A stretch of 64,000 nucleotides of DNA from an uncultured Planctomycetaceae bacterium. GTDB taxonomy: Bacteria; Planctomycetota; Planctomycetia; Planctomycetales; Planctomycetaceae. Shown here in pieces: positions 24,818 through 36,313 of the stretch (the first letter of the stretch is position 1; the number at the start of each line of letters is the position of its first letter). The stretch lies in NCBI GenBank assembly GCA_963813715.1, contig CAWFAK010000017.1:544001-608000 (forward strand). The letters are read 5' to 3'. A program made the translations under genes and the position numbers. The notes below the pieces were generated by a model. That model did no database searches and was not told the origin of the DNA. It saw only the letters and a list, made by a program, of their open reading frames with translations.

Positions 24818-25837
24818 ATGTCGCGTCTCAATCCAATTTGGACAGCCGGTCGGCTCAACGAGGCATTGGTGGGTGGGCAGCGATTCGTCGTTCTGTCTCC
24901 CGATGGTCGCGTTCTGCAGCCGGTCGAACTTGGGGCAAAGATTCTGGAGGCTGAGCGGCGCTTTGGCGCGGGAAAGGCGAACGTGCACAATCCCACGCCG
25001 TGGTCAGGCGACGGATGTATTCTGCTGCGGCCGTTAAGCGCGTGGGGCGATTTTGATTCCGGCCTCCTGCAACTGCCCCCATTGTTGTCACTGCTGGCCC
25101 TCAATCCCGAATCACATTGCTGGACCCACATTAGCCCGGGCAAATACGAAACGGTGGGGCCGTTTCTCGATTACTCCCATCCGCTCTGGGAATGGTTGGT
25201 GCGTGCAGCCCGAGGTGGCCTCGTGCGCTTCATCGCGACGCGCTTCCCATTTTCGTGGGAAGCGGGGGAGAGCCACGTCCGACTCGACGAGAAACGGATT
25301 CCCCTCCCCGGGCTGGCGCATGGCAGTCCCCGGGATGTTCCGACCTGGCTGCGGAATACCCTCGAGGATTTCGATCTGTGCCAAGTCGCCCCGAACGTGA
25401 AATCGCCCGCCGACGCCGTCGCCGTTTCGGCCGGCCTCTTGGAGCTGCACGACTTTGCGACCGAGAGCCACGAACGAGCCCAGAGCGTGGAGGGCCAGGG
25501 GCGACAACAAGCCGGCGATTACTGGCACGCGATCCACCATCGCCGCGAGCCCGACCCGGGAAACGCCAAATATTGGTTTCGCCACGTCGGTTCGCATCCG
25601 ATTCACGGCCGGCTTGCAAAGGTCGCCGGTTCGCTAGCGTCCGAGCAAAAGGCCGAAATTCGCACGGCCGTCGAGCGATTGCTGCCAAACGGGACGTGGG
25701 ACAGCTTCGCATTCGTTGATTTCTGTCAGCAGGCGGCCTCCGATCGCGATCCGGAGTTGGCCTGGGTCGCCCGCAAACTGCAGTTCTTCGAGATGACTTT
25801 ACTCCTGACCCAAAGCTACGAAGACGCGACAAGTTGA
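24818..25837 (+). CDS. Conserved hypothetical protein
   Basis: C-terminal ESHERAQ...YWHAIHHRREPD.GNAKYWF motif resembling an uncharacterised family. Confidence 0.7.
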   Translation: MSRLNPIWTAGRLNEALVGGQRFVVLSPDGRVLQPVELGAKILEAERRFGAGKANVHNPTPWSGDGCILLRPLSAWGDFDSGLLQLPPLLSLLALNPESHCWTHISPGKYETVGPFLDYSHPLWEWLVRAARGGLVRFIATRFPFSWEAGESHVRLDEKRIPLPGLAHGSPRDVPTWLRNTLEDFDLCQVAPNVKSPADAVAVSAGLLELHDFATESHERAQSVEGQGRQQAGDYWHAIHHRREPDPGNAKYWFRHVGSHPIHGRLAKVAGSLASEQKAEIRTAVERLLPNGTWDSFAFVDFCQQAASDRDPELAWVARKLQFFEMTLLLTQSYEDATS

Positions 25838-25857
25838 GCGTCGCAGGCAGCTTAGCG

Positions 25858-25890
25858 TTGACATTCGATTCGGCCGGGCTAGAATCGAAT
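25858..25890 (+). promoter_or_regulatory. sigma70-like promoter overlapped by an inverted repeat
   Basis: TTGACA-16-TAGAAT; ATTCGATTC (25863-25871) / GAATCGAAT (25882-25890). Confidence 0.55.
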
Positions 25891-25921
25891 TGAGTTCCGC
25901 TCGCCGATCCTGCTCACCGCA

Positions 25922-26097
25922 GCGGGCAAACCGGGTGGACATCCGATTCCAGGTAAACGCAGGCCCCGCATTGCTTTGGGGCGGGGCGCTGGCAGCTCTC
26001 GCTGGGAGTCTTCACCGGGAGCGAGGATGTTCCGGCCAACGGTTGCCTCCTCTCCCCAGAATTTCACCCTGGAATCGCGTCAGCCCGTGATTGCCGC
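25922..26097 (+). ncRNA. Long structured RNA, 6S-like rod with internal bubble, or a structured tatA leader
   Basis: Nested complementary segments found by eye (see findings). Confidence 0.4.
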
Positions 26098-26194
26098 GTT
26101 GTTCCGGTGTGCCGTTTCGCCGCTGGGTGCGAACGGTGTGTTCAAACGAGGACGGTTCGGGTGAGGCCGAACGTCCGAAAACAGAGGATCTATC

Positions 26195-26545
26195 ATGTCG
26201 CCAATGCTTGCCTTTTGGGAAAGCCCTCCGCAGCTGATTCTTGTGGCCTTCATCGCCCTGTTGCTCTTCGGCAAACGGTTGCCCGAATTGATGCGCAGCC
26301 TGGGCAAGGGGATCACGGAGTTCAAGAAGGGCATGAACGGCATTGAGGAGGAGTTGAATCGCGGCGGCGGCAATAACAGCAACTACAACAACAATCCGAA
26401 CTACAACAGCAACAACTATCTGCCGCCCCCGACGTATCACGAATCGGCGCGCCCGCTGCCGACCGAGGAACGCCCGGAGATCACCGCTCCGAAGTTTCAG
26501 CCGCCCACCGCTGCCCCGACCCCGCCGGCGACCCACATCAGCTAA
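26195..26545 (+). CDS. tatA: Twin-arginine translocase subunit TatA/E
   Basis: LLLFGKRLPELMRSLGKGITEFKKG. Confidence 0.9.
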   Translation: MSPMLAFWESPPQLILVAFIALLLFGKRLPELMRSLGKGITEFKKGMNGIEEELNRGGGNNSNYNNNPNYNSNNYLPPPTYHESARPLPTEERPEITAPKFQPPTAAPTPPATHIS

Positions 26546-26868
26546 GGCGCACGAATCGGACGCGGCCCGACACTACGTGGCGTCGCCGCGTCCCGAATCG
26601 GCTGCCGACCTCCCTCTGGGGCTCGATCTCGCTCCGTCCCTGTGCATCTCCGCACCGGATTGGCGCTTGCGCCGTCTGATTCGGTTACTCGCCTTGGCGT
26701 GACGCAAAATCGCAACTCTTCGCGCGCCATCGTGTATCGATATGATTCTTGTTTCGTTATCGATCCGATTGAATTCGTGCGTGGCTGAATAGTCTCTAGC
26801 GCGAATAAATAATTCAATTTCCGTTCCAGAGTATGGCTTTACGTCAATTGAGTCACTCCGACAACTAA

Positions 26869-26884
26869 TTGGCACGTTCTTCGC
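26869..26884 (+). promoter_or_regulatory. Putative sigma54 promoter
   Basis: TTGGCACGTTCTTCGC preceded by an AT-rich tract. Confidence 0.65.
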
Positions 26885-26984
26885 TTTTCATACTCGCGTC
26901 AGTGCGAGAAACAAAAAAATCTGGTTCGGGAAACTTCTGAGTCACCATGATTTGGAACCGAACCCAAAGGTGAAGGAGTTAGCC

Positions 26985-27173
26985 ATGAAAAAGTTGCTCG
27001 TTGCTGGTGTCGCGGGTTTGATGTTGATGGCGGCTGCTGGGACTCAGACGGCGATGGCCGCTCCGTGGCGGGGGGCTTACCGTGGACATGTTGTGGGTCG
27101 CACCGCTTACCGCACGGCTTACGCTCACCCGCACTTCGTCCGTGGTCCGGTCTACCGCCCCTACTGCTGGTAA
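26985..27173 (+). CDS. Small secreted Arg/Tyr-rich peptide
   Basis: AAGGAG RBS; signal peptide MKKLLV...AMA; followed by a terminator. Confidence 0.75.
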   Translation: MKKLLVAGVAGLMLMAAAGTQTAMAAPWRGAYRGHVVGRTAYRTAYAHPHFVRGPVYRPYCW

Positions 27174-27223
27174 GTGCTTCGGCTAGCGGGACGCGTTAAA
27201 GAGCCGGGCAAGAGCCGCCTGCT

Positions 27224-27272
27224 CCTCTCCCAGAAATCGCCTGGGAGAGGGACGGTACGGCTCATTTTTTTT
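27224..27272 (+). terminator. Probable intrinsic terminator
   Basis: CCTCTCCCAG/CTGGGAGAGG stem with a downstream T8 tract. Confidence 0.5.
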
Positions 27273-27417
27273 GCGCGTGGCTGAACTCACTCGCGCATTG
27301 GGTTGGACGCAGGCGACATTACTAACCCGCAGCGTTAGTGAGGGCTCTTCGATCGCACCGGCAAAGATGAGCGTGATGCGAACCAGGGAACCGAGGCAAC
27401 GCGGGCCCTCGAGCGGC

Positions 27418-27873
27418 TCAAACCGCGCGCTGCGAGGGCACCGAAGTCGCTTGAGGTCGACGCGAAGCCGCGCGTCCCGCGTGAGCGCCGCGCTTGGACT
27501 GCTTGCCCCGCGGATGGACCAGCGAATCGATGCAATCGCACAAGGCGGCGATGCGAATGGGCCGCTGCACACAGCGGACGACCGGGGGTTTGCGCAGGCC
27601 GCTCAGGGCGTTAAAAGGCATCATGTCGGCCATCATCACGACAGGGAAGTGGGGACCGTCGTCGGCGCGGAGCTGCGCCAAAACACTTTCGCCCCCGCCA
27701 CCGGGTAACTCCCAATCGAGCAACAACAAGTCCGGCTGCCGACGTCGGATCTTGGACAGGCACTCATTGCCATCGACGGCCGTGTCGACCTGGTAACCAA
27801 AGTGCATCAGATAGGCACGACACAAGCCAGTCATCGCCGAGTCGGCGTCGGCCAGCAGCAATCGCGTTTTCAC
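27418..27873 (-). CDS. Single-domain response regulator (degenerate receiver)
   Basis: LLLADAD, AVDG.E.L, PDLLLLDWELPG; conserved Lys replaced (QRP). Confidence 0.7.
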   Translation of the reverse strand: MKTRLLLADADSAMTGLCRAYLMHFGYQVDTAVDGNECLSKIRRRQPDLLLLDWELPGGGGESVLAQLRADDGPHFPVVMMADMMPFNALSGLRKPPVVRCVQRPIRIAALCDCIDSLVHPRGKQSKRGAHAGRAASRRPQATSVPSQRAV

Positions 27874-28145
27874 CCTACGAGTCCTCTCGCGCCTCGCCGC
27901 TTGACTGCAACGAATCCGCGTCAATTAATCAACTGCCGCGCTGAGAGTCGCGATCGGGAGGTGCGCCGGGAGGCGGCGACCACGGGCAATCTCGTCAAGC
28001 GGTGCGCGCTGCCGCTCGGCTCAGGCTGCAGGGCCTGATTGTCGGCTCCGCGCGGCCCCGTCTGTGGCTCGCGGGACGATTTTCTTGTCCGGGAAATCAC
28101 CACACTCGGTTAAGGGCTGTCCCGGATGGTCGTCGTCGGATGGGC

Positions 28146-28607
28146 TCAAGCCGACGGTTTCTGGCCGGGATCGCTGAGGTGGGTGCGAAAGACGGCCCAC
28201 GAGTCGGCGACGACTTTGCGGGCCGCCCCTTCGATCAGCGTGCGGCTGAGAGCTTTCACCAGACCGGTCAACTCGGTGACCGTACTTTCCCAATCGAGGC
28301 GCGTGCCCGTTCCCTCGGGCTTGAGGTGGATCGACGTTTCGATCGTCAATCCCGCGCCGATACCTTTCCCGGTCACCCGCATCCGGGCCGACGACGGTCG
28401 GTCTGTCTCGAGGATGTCGAAAGTCATCTGCATGCTGCCGGTGAGGAAGGAGAATTTGGGGCGCACGCGACATTCGAGATGTTTGGGATCGAGCCGTTCG
28501 ACTTTTTCCAGCCCGGGTAGCGTCTTGGCCGTCACGCGGAGGTCGGTGATCTCGTCGAACACCGTCTCAACCGGATATTCAAAGTGCTCGGAGCCGGAAA
28601 AGTTCAT
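28146..28607 (-). CDS. CoxG/SRPBCC family protein
   Basis: FSGSEHF.YPVETVF...LPGLEKVE pattern. Confidence 0.75.
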   Translation of the reverse strand: MNFSGSEHFEYPVETVFDEITDLRVTAKTLPGLEKVERLDPKHLECRVRPKFSFLTGSMQMTFDILETDRPSSARMRVTGKGIGAGLTIETSIHLKPEGTGTRLDWESTVTELTGLVKALSRTLIEGAARKVVADSWAVFRTHLSDPGQKPSA

Positions 28608-28690
28608 GTCGTTGTCCTTTCGCTGTCCGAGCGTGTTTCGAGGGTGGCCGGCCAAATGAATTCCGGCCGCACGAATGTCGGCGGATTGAC

Positions 28691-29283
28691 TCAGGCGAAA
28701 TTCGAGACGTAGGGGAGTTTGCCGGCCGTTTCGCGAATGGCGTCTTTCCCCTCGAGCAGCTGGGCGAGGAAGTCGAATTCCCCAGTGACGAGGGCCTTGC
28801 GCGCCCCACGGGCATCTCGAACGGGACGGAGTTGCCGCCGAAGTGGACGACGCCCGCGACGAGGTCGATCGTCACCGGCAGGCGATGGTCGCGCTCGATG
28901 GCGGCCGCCAGCTGCTCGAGCACGTCGCGCGGCAGACAGACACAGGCCACCCCCAGCGACGTGCAGTTGCCGAAGAAGATCTCGCCGAACGATTCGGCAA
29001 TGCAGGCCTTGAGTCCAAAACGAATCAGCGCCTGCGGCGCGTGCTCGCGCGAGGAACCGCAGCCGAAGTTCCGGCCGGCGACGAGGATCGAGCCCCCCTC
29101 GAAACGCGTATCGTCGAAGGGGTGCGTCGTCGGATGCTGCTGGCGATCGTCCTTGAAGGCGTGCTCGCCCAAGCCCTCGAAGGTCACGCAGCGGAGGTAG
29201 CGGGCCGGAATGATCCGGTCCGTGTCGATGTCATCCAACAACAGCGGAATAGCGTTTCCGGTAATCGACTCGAGTTTGTGCAT
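28691..29283 (-). CDS. leuD: 3-isopropylmalate dehydratase small subunit (frameshift near 28805)
   Basis: [25 protein letters not shown]. Confidence 0.95.
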
Positions 29284-29370
29284 AAGAGGTTTCGGAATCG
29301 GGGTCGACGAAACGAACGGAACAAACGTGGATCAGCGTCGGACTACGACACAACCGGATGTGACGCGCGG

Positions 29371-30792
<1,422 letters not shown>

Positions 30793-31073
30793 TGCGTGTC
30801 AAAACTCCTCTCAGAGTGGAATTCTAGCACGTTCGCCCCATGCCGTCAGGCTTCTGGGAGCCTTGCTTGCCGGCGTCGCAGCGACCATCACGCCACGGTC
30901 GGAGGGCGGTCAAACCGTCAGCTGCGAGCGGTCGGGAGTCCAAGAGACGACCTCGACACGGGCAGGTCGCCTTGCGTTCAAACGCGGTCGCGACAAGAAT
31001 GCGTCGGCCGCGTCCCCCGCGCACGACCGGCTCTGACGTAAAATGCATTGGGAAGGATGAAAGGCAGGCTCCC

Positions 31074-31538
31074 ATGGCCAATGCAAAAGTCGACGTCGTC
31101 GGGCAGGACGACATCCCGATTGTGCTCGAGTTGTATAACCGCATCTACCGGCCCACTCACGACGTGCAGTTCTTCCGCCGACGGTTTTTGGGGCGGTACA
31201 ACGTGCTGATGCTGGTCGCCACGCTGGACGAGGCGCCGGTCGGCTTCTTCTGCGGATTTGAGCTAAAACCGAGTGTCTTCTTCGCCTGGCTCTATGGCGT
31301 GCTGCCGGAACATCGCCGGAGCGGCATCGCCTCGCAGCTGATGGACGCCGCCCATGCCTGGGCCCTCAGCCACCAGTATCCGACGGTCCGCTTCGAGTGC
31401 CACAACACGCACCGCCCGATGCTGCAACTGGCGATCAGCCGCGAGTACGACGTCGTCGGCATCCGCTGGGACACGGACCGCGGCGAGAACCTGGTGATCT
31501 TCGAGAAGGTTTTGTCGCACGAGGGGCACGAGGGGTAG
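31074..31538 (+). CDS. GNAT family acetyltransferase
   Basis: GVLPEHRRSGIASQLM acetyl-CoA motif. Confidence 0.85.
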   Translation: MANAKVDVVGQDDIPIVLELYNRIYRPTHDVQFFRRRFLGRYNVLMLVATLDEAPVGFFCGFELKPSVFFAWLYGVLPEHRRSGIASQLMDAAHAWALSHQYPTVRFECHNTHRPMLQLAISREYDVVGIRWDTDRGENLVIFEKVLSHEGHEG

Positions 31539-31593
31539 ATCAAGGCCAGTCGTCGCGAGGGCTCTTGAAGCTTGCACCACCGGAACGGTGAGC

Positions 31594-32542
31594 CTACCGC
31601 GGGGCCTGCAACTGGGCGATCGATTTGATCGCGGCGTCCGTGATCCGCTGCTTCAGCCGACCGTAGCCGTCCCACGGATCGCGTTTTCGCTTTTTGATGT
31701 GGTCCAATGCATTCTTGACGTTGAAGGCGGCGCCGCTTGTCACTCGGCGGAGTTCGGTCCAACCCAGCGGCATGGAGACCGGCGCGCCGTCGCGGGCTCG
31801 GCTTGAATAGGGGGCGACGGCCGTCGAACCCCGTTCGTTGCGAAGATAGTCGAGGTAGATTTTTCGTGGCCGAGCTGCCTTGGACATCGTGGCCGCAAAG
31901 TGTGCGGGGTCTGCCGTCGTGATGATGTTGGCGACTCCGTGACAGAATTCCTTCACTTGGTCCCACGAGCGGCCGCGGGCGATCGGGGCGACGATGTGCA
32001 GGCCCTTGCCGCCGGTTGTCTTCACGAAGCTGGTCAGTCCCAAGTGCTTCAAGAAGTCGCGCACTGAAGAGCGCCGTGTCGATCACGCGTGACCACTCGA
32101 CATTGGGACCGGGGTCGAGGTCGAAAATGATCCGGTCGGGCTTCTCGATGTCGTCCGCGCACGACTGCCAGGCATGAATCTCCATCACGCCGAATTGCAC
32201 GAGTGCCAATAGCCCGGCAGCGTCCTCCATGAACACGCCGGTGGTCGTCGTGTCTTTGTAGCGAATCTTGATCTCTTTCACGGACGGCGGCAGACCTTGC
32301 GGCGGCTGCTTTTGATAGAAGCACTGTCCCGCCAGCCCGGCCGGGCAACGGACGAGCGACAAGGGGCGGTCAACGACGTGCGGCAAGAGCCAGGGAGCGA
32401 CCGCGGCGAAGTACTCGGCCAGCTCCCGCTTGGTCACACCGACGTCGGGATAAACGACTCGGTCCGGGTGCGTCAGGCGGATGCCGGCCAACGGGTCGGC
32501 ATCCGCTGGCTTCTTTTTCGTCGTACGCCGCTTCACCGCCAT
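31594..32542 (-). CDS. ligD: NHEJ LigD polymerase domain, separate gene (frameshift near 32050)
   Basis: LTHPDRV, RPLSLVRCP, FDLDPG, KTTGGKGLH, DYLRN. Confidence 0.9.
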
Positions 32543-32568
32543 GATCGCCTATCCACTCTGTCGGCCCG

Positions 32569-34286
32569 TCATTCGGCCACCGGAGCTGGCCGTTCGAGGA
32601 CCACCTCGCGCGCGGGCTTGTCTTCCCGCAGACCCTGAAAGGCAGCCTGCCGCACGACGCCGTCATCCGTCCAATTGGCGAACTCGACCTGACCGACGAG
32701 TTCCGGTCGCACCCACTGCACGCCTTTGCGGGGAATATCGTGGAGGGGGCCGGTGAATGGGGCTTGCTTCTGCTCGAGCAGTTTGAGCCGCGCCGTCAGC
32801 TGACGGAGCATCTTGGTGTCAAAGCCGGTGCCGACGCGGCCGGCGTAGACCAGCTCCCCCATCCTCCGGAAATATCCCAACAACAGCGCACCGAAGCCGA
32901 TCCGCGACCCTTCCGGCTTGGTGTAGCCGCCGATCACGAATTCCTCGGTCTGGCGGCACTTGGATTTGAGCCAATCGGTTCCGCGCCCGCCGACATACAG
33001 GCTGTCGCGCTTCTTGGAGATGATGCCTTCGAGCTGCGCGGGCGGCCTGCCGATAAAACTGCTTCCCTTTGCCCACCACGTGCTCGCTGACCTGAATTCG
33101 GGAGCCCAGTTTGGCGTGCTTCAGCAGCGCCTCGAGCTGTGCCTTCCGCTTCTCGAGCACCACGCCGGTGAGATCGAAGTGGTCCAGATAGATCAGGTCG
33201 AACGCATAGTAGAGAAGTGGTGCTCCCCGTGGCTTCTGACCCTCTTTGCCCAGGGCATTCTGCAGCAATTGAAACTGGCTGACGCCTTTCGTGTCGAGCA
33301 CGACCACTTCGCCGTCGAGAATCGCCGATTCCACGGGGAGCTGGGCCGCCAACTCGACGAGCGATCCCATCTTGGCTGTCCAATCCTGGCCGCTGCGACT
33401 GATGAACCGGGCTTTGCCCTCCTTTACGCAGCAAAACATGCGATAACCGTCGAACTTGATCTCGTGCAGCCATGCGGCTCGTTTCCGGCGGTTCCTGCAC
33501 GAGCGTCGCCAGTTCGGCCATTGGCTTCGACGGCATCGCGCGCCCCTTCGCACCGGCCAGCTTGCTGAGCGTGGTTGTGGGCACGCTCGGACGTTTGGCC
33601 GGCGCGATGACTTTGACCGGACCCGGTTCGCGCTTTACGCGTCGGGACGGGCGATGGCTGTGCCAGACGTCGGGAGTGTCGGATTTCTTGGAACGGCCAC
33701 GCCCGTTCTTGTGGGCGGGCGCGCCCTCGGCAATCTCTTCGAGCGAGCGGCCCGTCTTTACGCTTTTGGTCGCCGTCTCGATGATGTCGCGCTTGGCGTC
33801 AGGGCGCGCGGCGTCGTCGCGGTGCTTGATCAGCAGCCATTGTGGTTTTCGTGCTTCGCCGCGGCGCGTGCGGACCAGTACCCAGCTCCCCTGCAGCTTT
33901 TCGCCGAGCAAAGTGAATTTGATCTCACCCGCGCGATGTGCCGCCTCGGGATCGCCGTTTTCGGGAATCCAGTCGCCGCGATCCCAGACCATGACGGTGC
34001 CGCCGCCGTACTCGCCTTGGGGAATGGTGCCTTCGAAGTCGGCATATTCGATGGGGTGATCTTCGACCTCGACCGCCAGCCGTTTTTGCGCGGGGTCGAG
34101 ACTGGGACCTTTGGGCACCGCCCAGCTTTTGAGCGTGCCGCCCATCTCCAGACGAAAGTCGTAATGCAGATGGCTGGCCGCGTGTTTTTGCACGACGAAA
34201 CGCTTGCCCTTCGCAACGGCCCGTGACCCGGCCGGTTCGGGCGTCTTTTTGAATCGTCGCTTCTGACGATATTTCTGCAAACTCAT
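32569..34286 (-). CDS. ligD: NHEJ LigD phosphoesterase + ATP-dependent ligase (frameshifts near 33480 and 33040)
   Basis: QKHAASHLHYDFRLE, EIKFDGYR, LDGEVV, EGIISK, LREDK. Confidence 0.92.
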
Positions 34287-34327
34287 AGGCGAGGGCTCAA
34301 CGACGCGACGGGTGGTCAGCGGGACAC

Positions 34328-34428
34328 TGCAGTATACGCGCCGAACCGATGCCCGACCTCACTCACCTTGCCGATCCATCAACGAAGGGGTGGCGTTCAG
34401 GCGGTTAGACTCCGGTATTGGATTTGCA
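34328..34428. promoter_or_regulatory. Divergent pair of putative sigma54 promoters
   Basis: (-) TCGGCGCGTATACTGCA 34328-34344 toward ligD; (+) CCGGTATTGGATTTGCA 34412-34428. Confidence 0.5.
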
Positions 34429-34522
34429 TCCATTTTGAGCGGACTCCGCACCGTTGCCACGCGCGGGACCGAGATTGAGGCGGGGACCGAAGGTCGGCGG
34501 AAATCCCAGGGAGGAAAACCCG

Positions 34523-34747
34523 ATGTGGCAGAGCTGGATTAAGGTGGCGCTCGCGGCCAAATCGATTGTGGAGCTCACCTTGGCGTGCGAGGTCGCGGTC
34601 GCCGGCAAGATCATCATGGGAATTTGCGTGGCGCTGGTCGGAGTTGCCCCGCACGTCTGGTCGTTCAGCCGACATTTCGTGGATGGACACCTGAGCGACG
34701 CACACCTCGTCGACGGGCACTTCTCAGAAGGTCCACGCGTCCGCTGA
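34523..34747 (+). CDS. Small membrane protein with HxxD/E pentapeptide repeats
   Basis: GGAGG RBS; hydrophobic stretch; HFVDG-HLSDA-HLVDG-HFSEG. Confidence 0.5.
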   Translation: MWQSWIKVALAAKSIVELTLACEVAVAGKIIMGICVALVGVAPHVWSFSRHFVDGHLSDAHLVDGHFSEGPRVR

Positions 34748-34857
34748 CCGGTGGAACTCCGCCGTTGGCTGTCCCACTCAGAGCGTTGCACAAAGGCAAA
34801 ACGAGAGCGCCGTTTTAAGGACACTCCGTTCGCCGTTCCGAAATCACTCGGCCCCGC

Positions 34858-35229
34858 TTACCACCAACCGACACCACAGTGGTAATTGCAGCCGCCACCC
34901 AGGTGACCGTAGAGGTAGGGGGCGTACACGTCAGGCGTGAAGTGAGCCGGGCGCGACGGGCTGTCGGCGCGGGCTCCGTAATAGCCTGGGCCGTAATACG
35001 GGAAGATTCGCTCGCCTTGCGTGCCGGCATAGGCAAACGGGGCATTGTAACCCCGAGCGTCATAGTAGTTGTACGGGTTCGTGTCGCCGTTCGGATCGTC
35101 GGGGTAGTACTGCCACCAGGGCCCATAAGGACTTCCGCCGGCGTAGGCTTGAGGAGACTGGGCAGCACCGACCAGCAGCAGACCGCCAACCAGCGCCGCG
35201 CACGGCAACATGCGTAGAGTGTGTCGCAT
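34858..35229 (-). CDS. Secreted Tyr/Gly/Pro-rich small protein
   Basis: Signal peptide ending AYA; aromatic low-complexity mature part. Confidence 0.7.
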   Translation of the reverse strand: MRHTLRMLPCAALVGGLLLVGAAQSPQAYAGGSPYGPWWQYYPDDPNGDTNPYNYYDARGYNAPFAYAGTQGERIFPYYGPGYYGARADSPSRPAHFTPDVYAPYLYGHLGGGCNYHCGVGWW

Positions 35230-35285
35230 CGACGAACTTCCCCTGACATCGAGGTGGCCCGGAGCGACCCTCCAACTTGGCAGAC

Positions 35286-35837
35286 TCAGCGGGCGGAATT
35301 GGACGGATCAGGAGCATCGATGCCCAGCGCCGTCGCCAGGTCGATCTCGTGGTCCTGTTCTTCTACTAAGAGCTTACGCACGATTTCAGCAATTGCAAAT
35401 TCGCCGAGCGACTCGGCCTGCGTTACGCGCTCTCGATAATTCCGAATTGTCTGGATTTCATTGTCGAGATCGAATTGCAACAGCTCGCGGGGATCGTCCG
35501 ACATCTTCACGGGCTTCGCCTCGACGGTCGGGGTGCCGCCCAAGTAATCGATCTGCTTGGCGATGATCAGTGCGTGCTGCAGTTCCTGCGCGGCGTGCAA
35601 CTCGAGCTCCGTGGCAATCTTCATGTAGGCCGCCCCAGTGAGCACCTGCGAATAAACGACATAAGCGATGATGGCCTGATACTCGCGCACCAGGTCTTCG
35701 TTGAGCAGCTCGGCCAACCGTTGCCGAGTCATTTCCGGTTTGCCGTTGTGATCGCTCTTGGCGGGCTGCGATTTCACGGGCGACTTTGCCGGCGCTGGCT
35801 TGCCGGATGGGGTTGGCTTGCTAGTCAGGGGGGCCAT
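35286..35837 (-). CDS. Bacterioferritin/ferritin-like protein
   Basis: REYQAI..Y, ELQHA, DNE...Y, EEQDH di-iron pattern. Confidence 0.85.
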   Translation of the reverse strand: MAPLTSKPTPSGKPAPAKSPVKSQPAKSDHNGKPEMTRQRLAELLNEDLVREYQAIIAYVVYSQVLTGAAYMKIATELELHAAQELQHALIIAKQIDYLGGTPTVEAKPVKMSDDPRELLQFDLDNEIQTIRNYRERVTQAESLGEFAIAEIVRKLLVEEQDHEIDLATALGIDAPDPSNSAR

Positions 35838-36017
35838 GAAACCTTTTCCTTTCAGAAAAAATCACGACGCTCGAAAGGATCAAGACGAGAGTGCACGTTC
35901 GTGAGCGATGGCGGCGTGTTGAGAAAAGCGGAGTCATTAAATCGACGGCCGGCGTCGACTCGCGTTGTGCATGCAAGTCGACGCCGGCCTGTTGCGCGTT
36001 CCCTGCGGACCGTTCCG

Positions 36018-36170
36018 CTAGATCTGATGCATCAGCACGAGCACCAGGAGGATCACGATGATCAGTCCCAGTCCGCCACTCGGGTAATAACCCCAGTTGC
36101 GACTGTGCGGCCAAGCCGGCACGGCTCCCAGCAACAAAATGATCAGCACGATCAGCAAAATGAGGCCCAT
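36018..36170 (-). CDS. DUF3309 family small membrane protein (50 aa; absent from ORF track)
   Basis: MGLILLIVLIILLLGAVPAWPHSRNWGYYPSGGLGLIIVILLVLVLMHQI; AGGAG RBS. Confidence 0.9.
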   Translation of the reverse strand: MGLILLIVLIILLLGAVPAWPHSRNWGYYPSGGLGLIIVILLVLVLMHQI

Positions 36171-36296
36171 AGCGGGTCTCCTTGTCTTAAAGGGTGAACG
36201 CGCTCGCGGGCGATCAGATTTCTCCTGACCGATGCGCTACGCGGACGCGTGGGTAGAGATGCACTTTCGGAGCTGCAGCTGACTTTCGCACTCAGA

Positions 36297-36313
36297 TGCA
36301 AACGGAGTGCCAA
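36297..36313 (-). promoter_or_regulatory. sigma54 promoter for DUF3309-ferritin
   Basis: TTGGCACTCCGTTTGCA, full TGGCAC-N5-TTGC consensus. Confidence 0.8.

Noticed and set aside
25918..25970. c-di-GMP-I riboswitch-like GGGCAAACC...ACGC
   Set aside because: Lacks the GAAA tetraloop and the GGGACGCAAAGC spacing; the long-hairpin fold explains the region better
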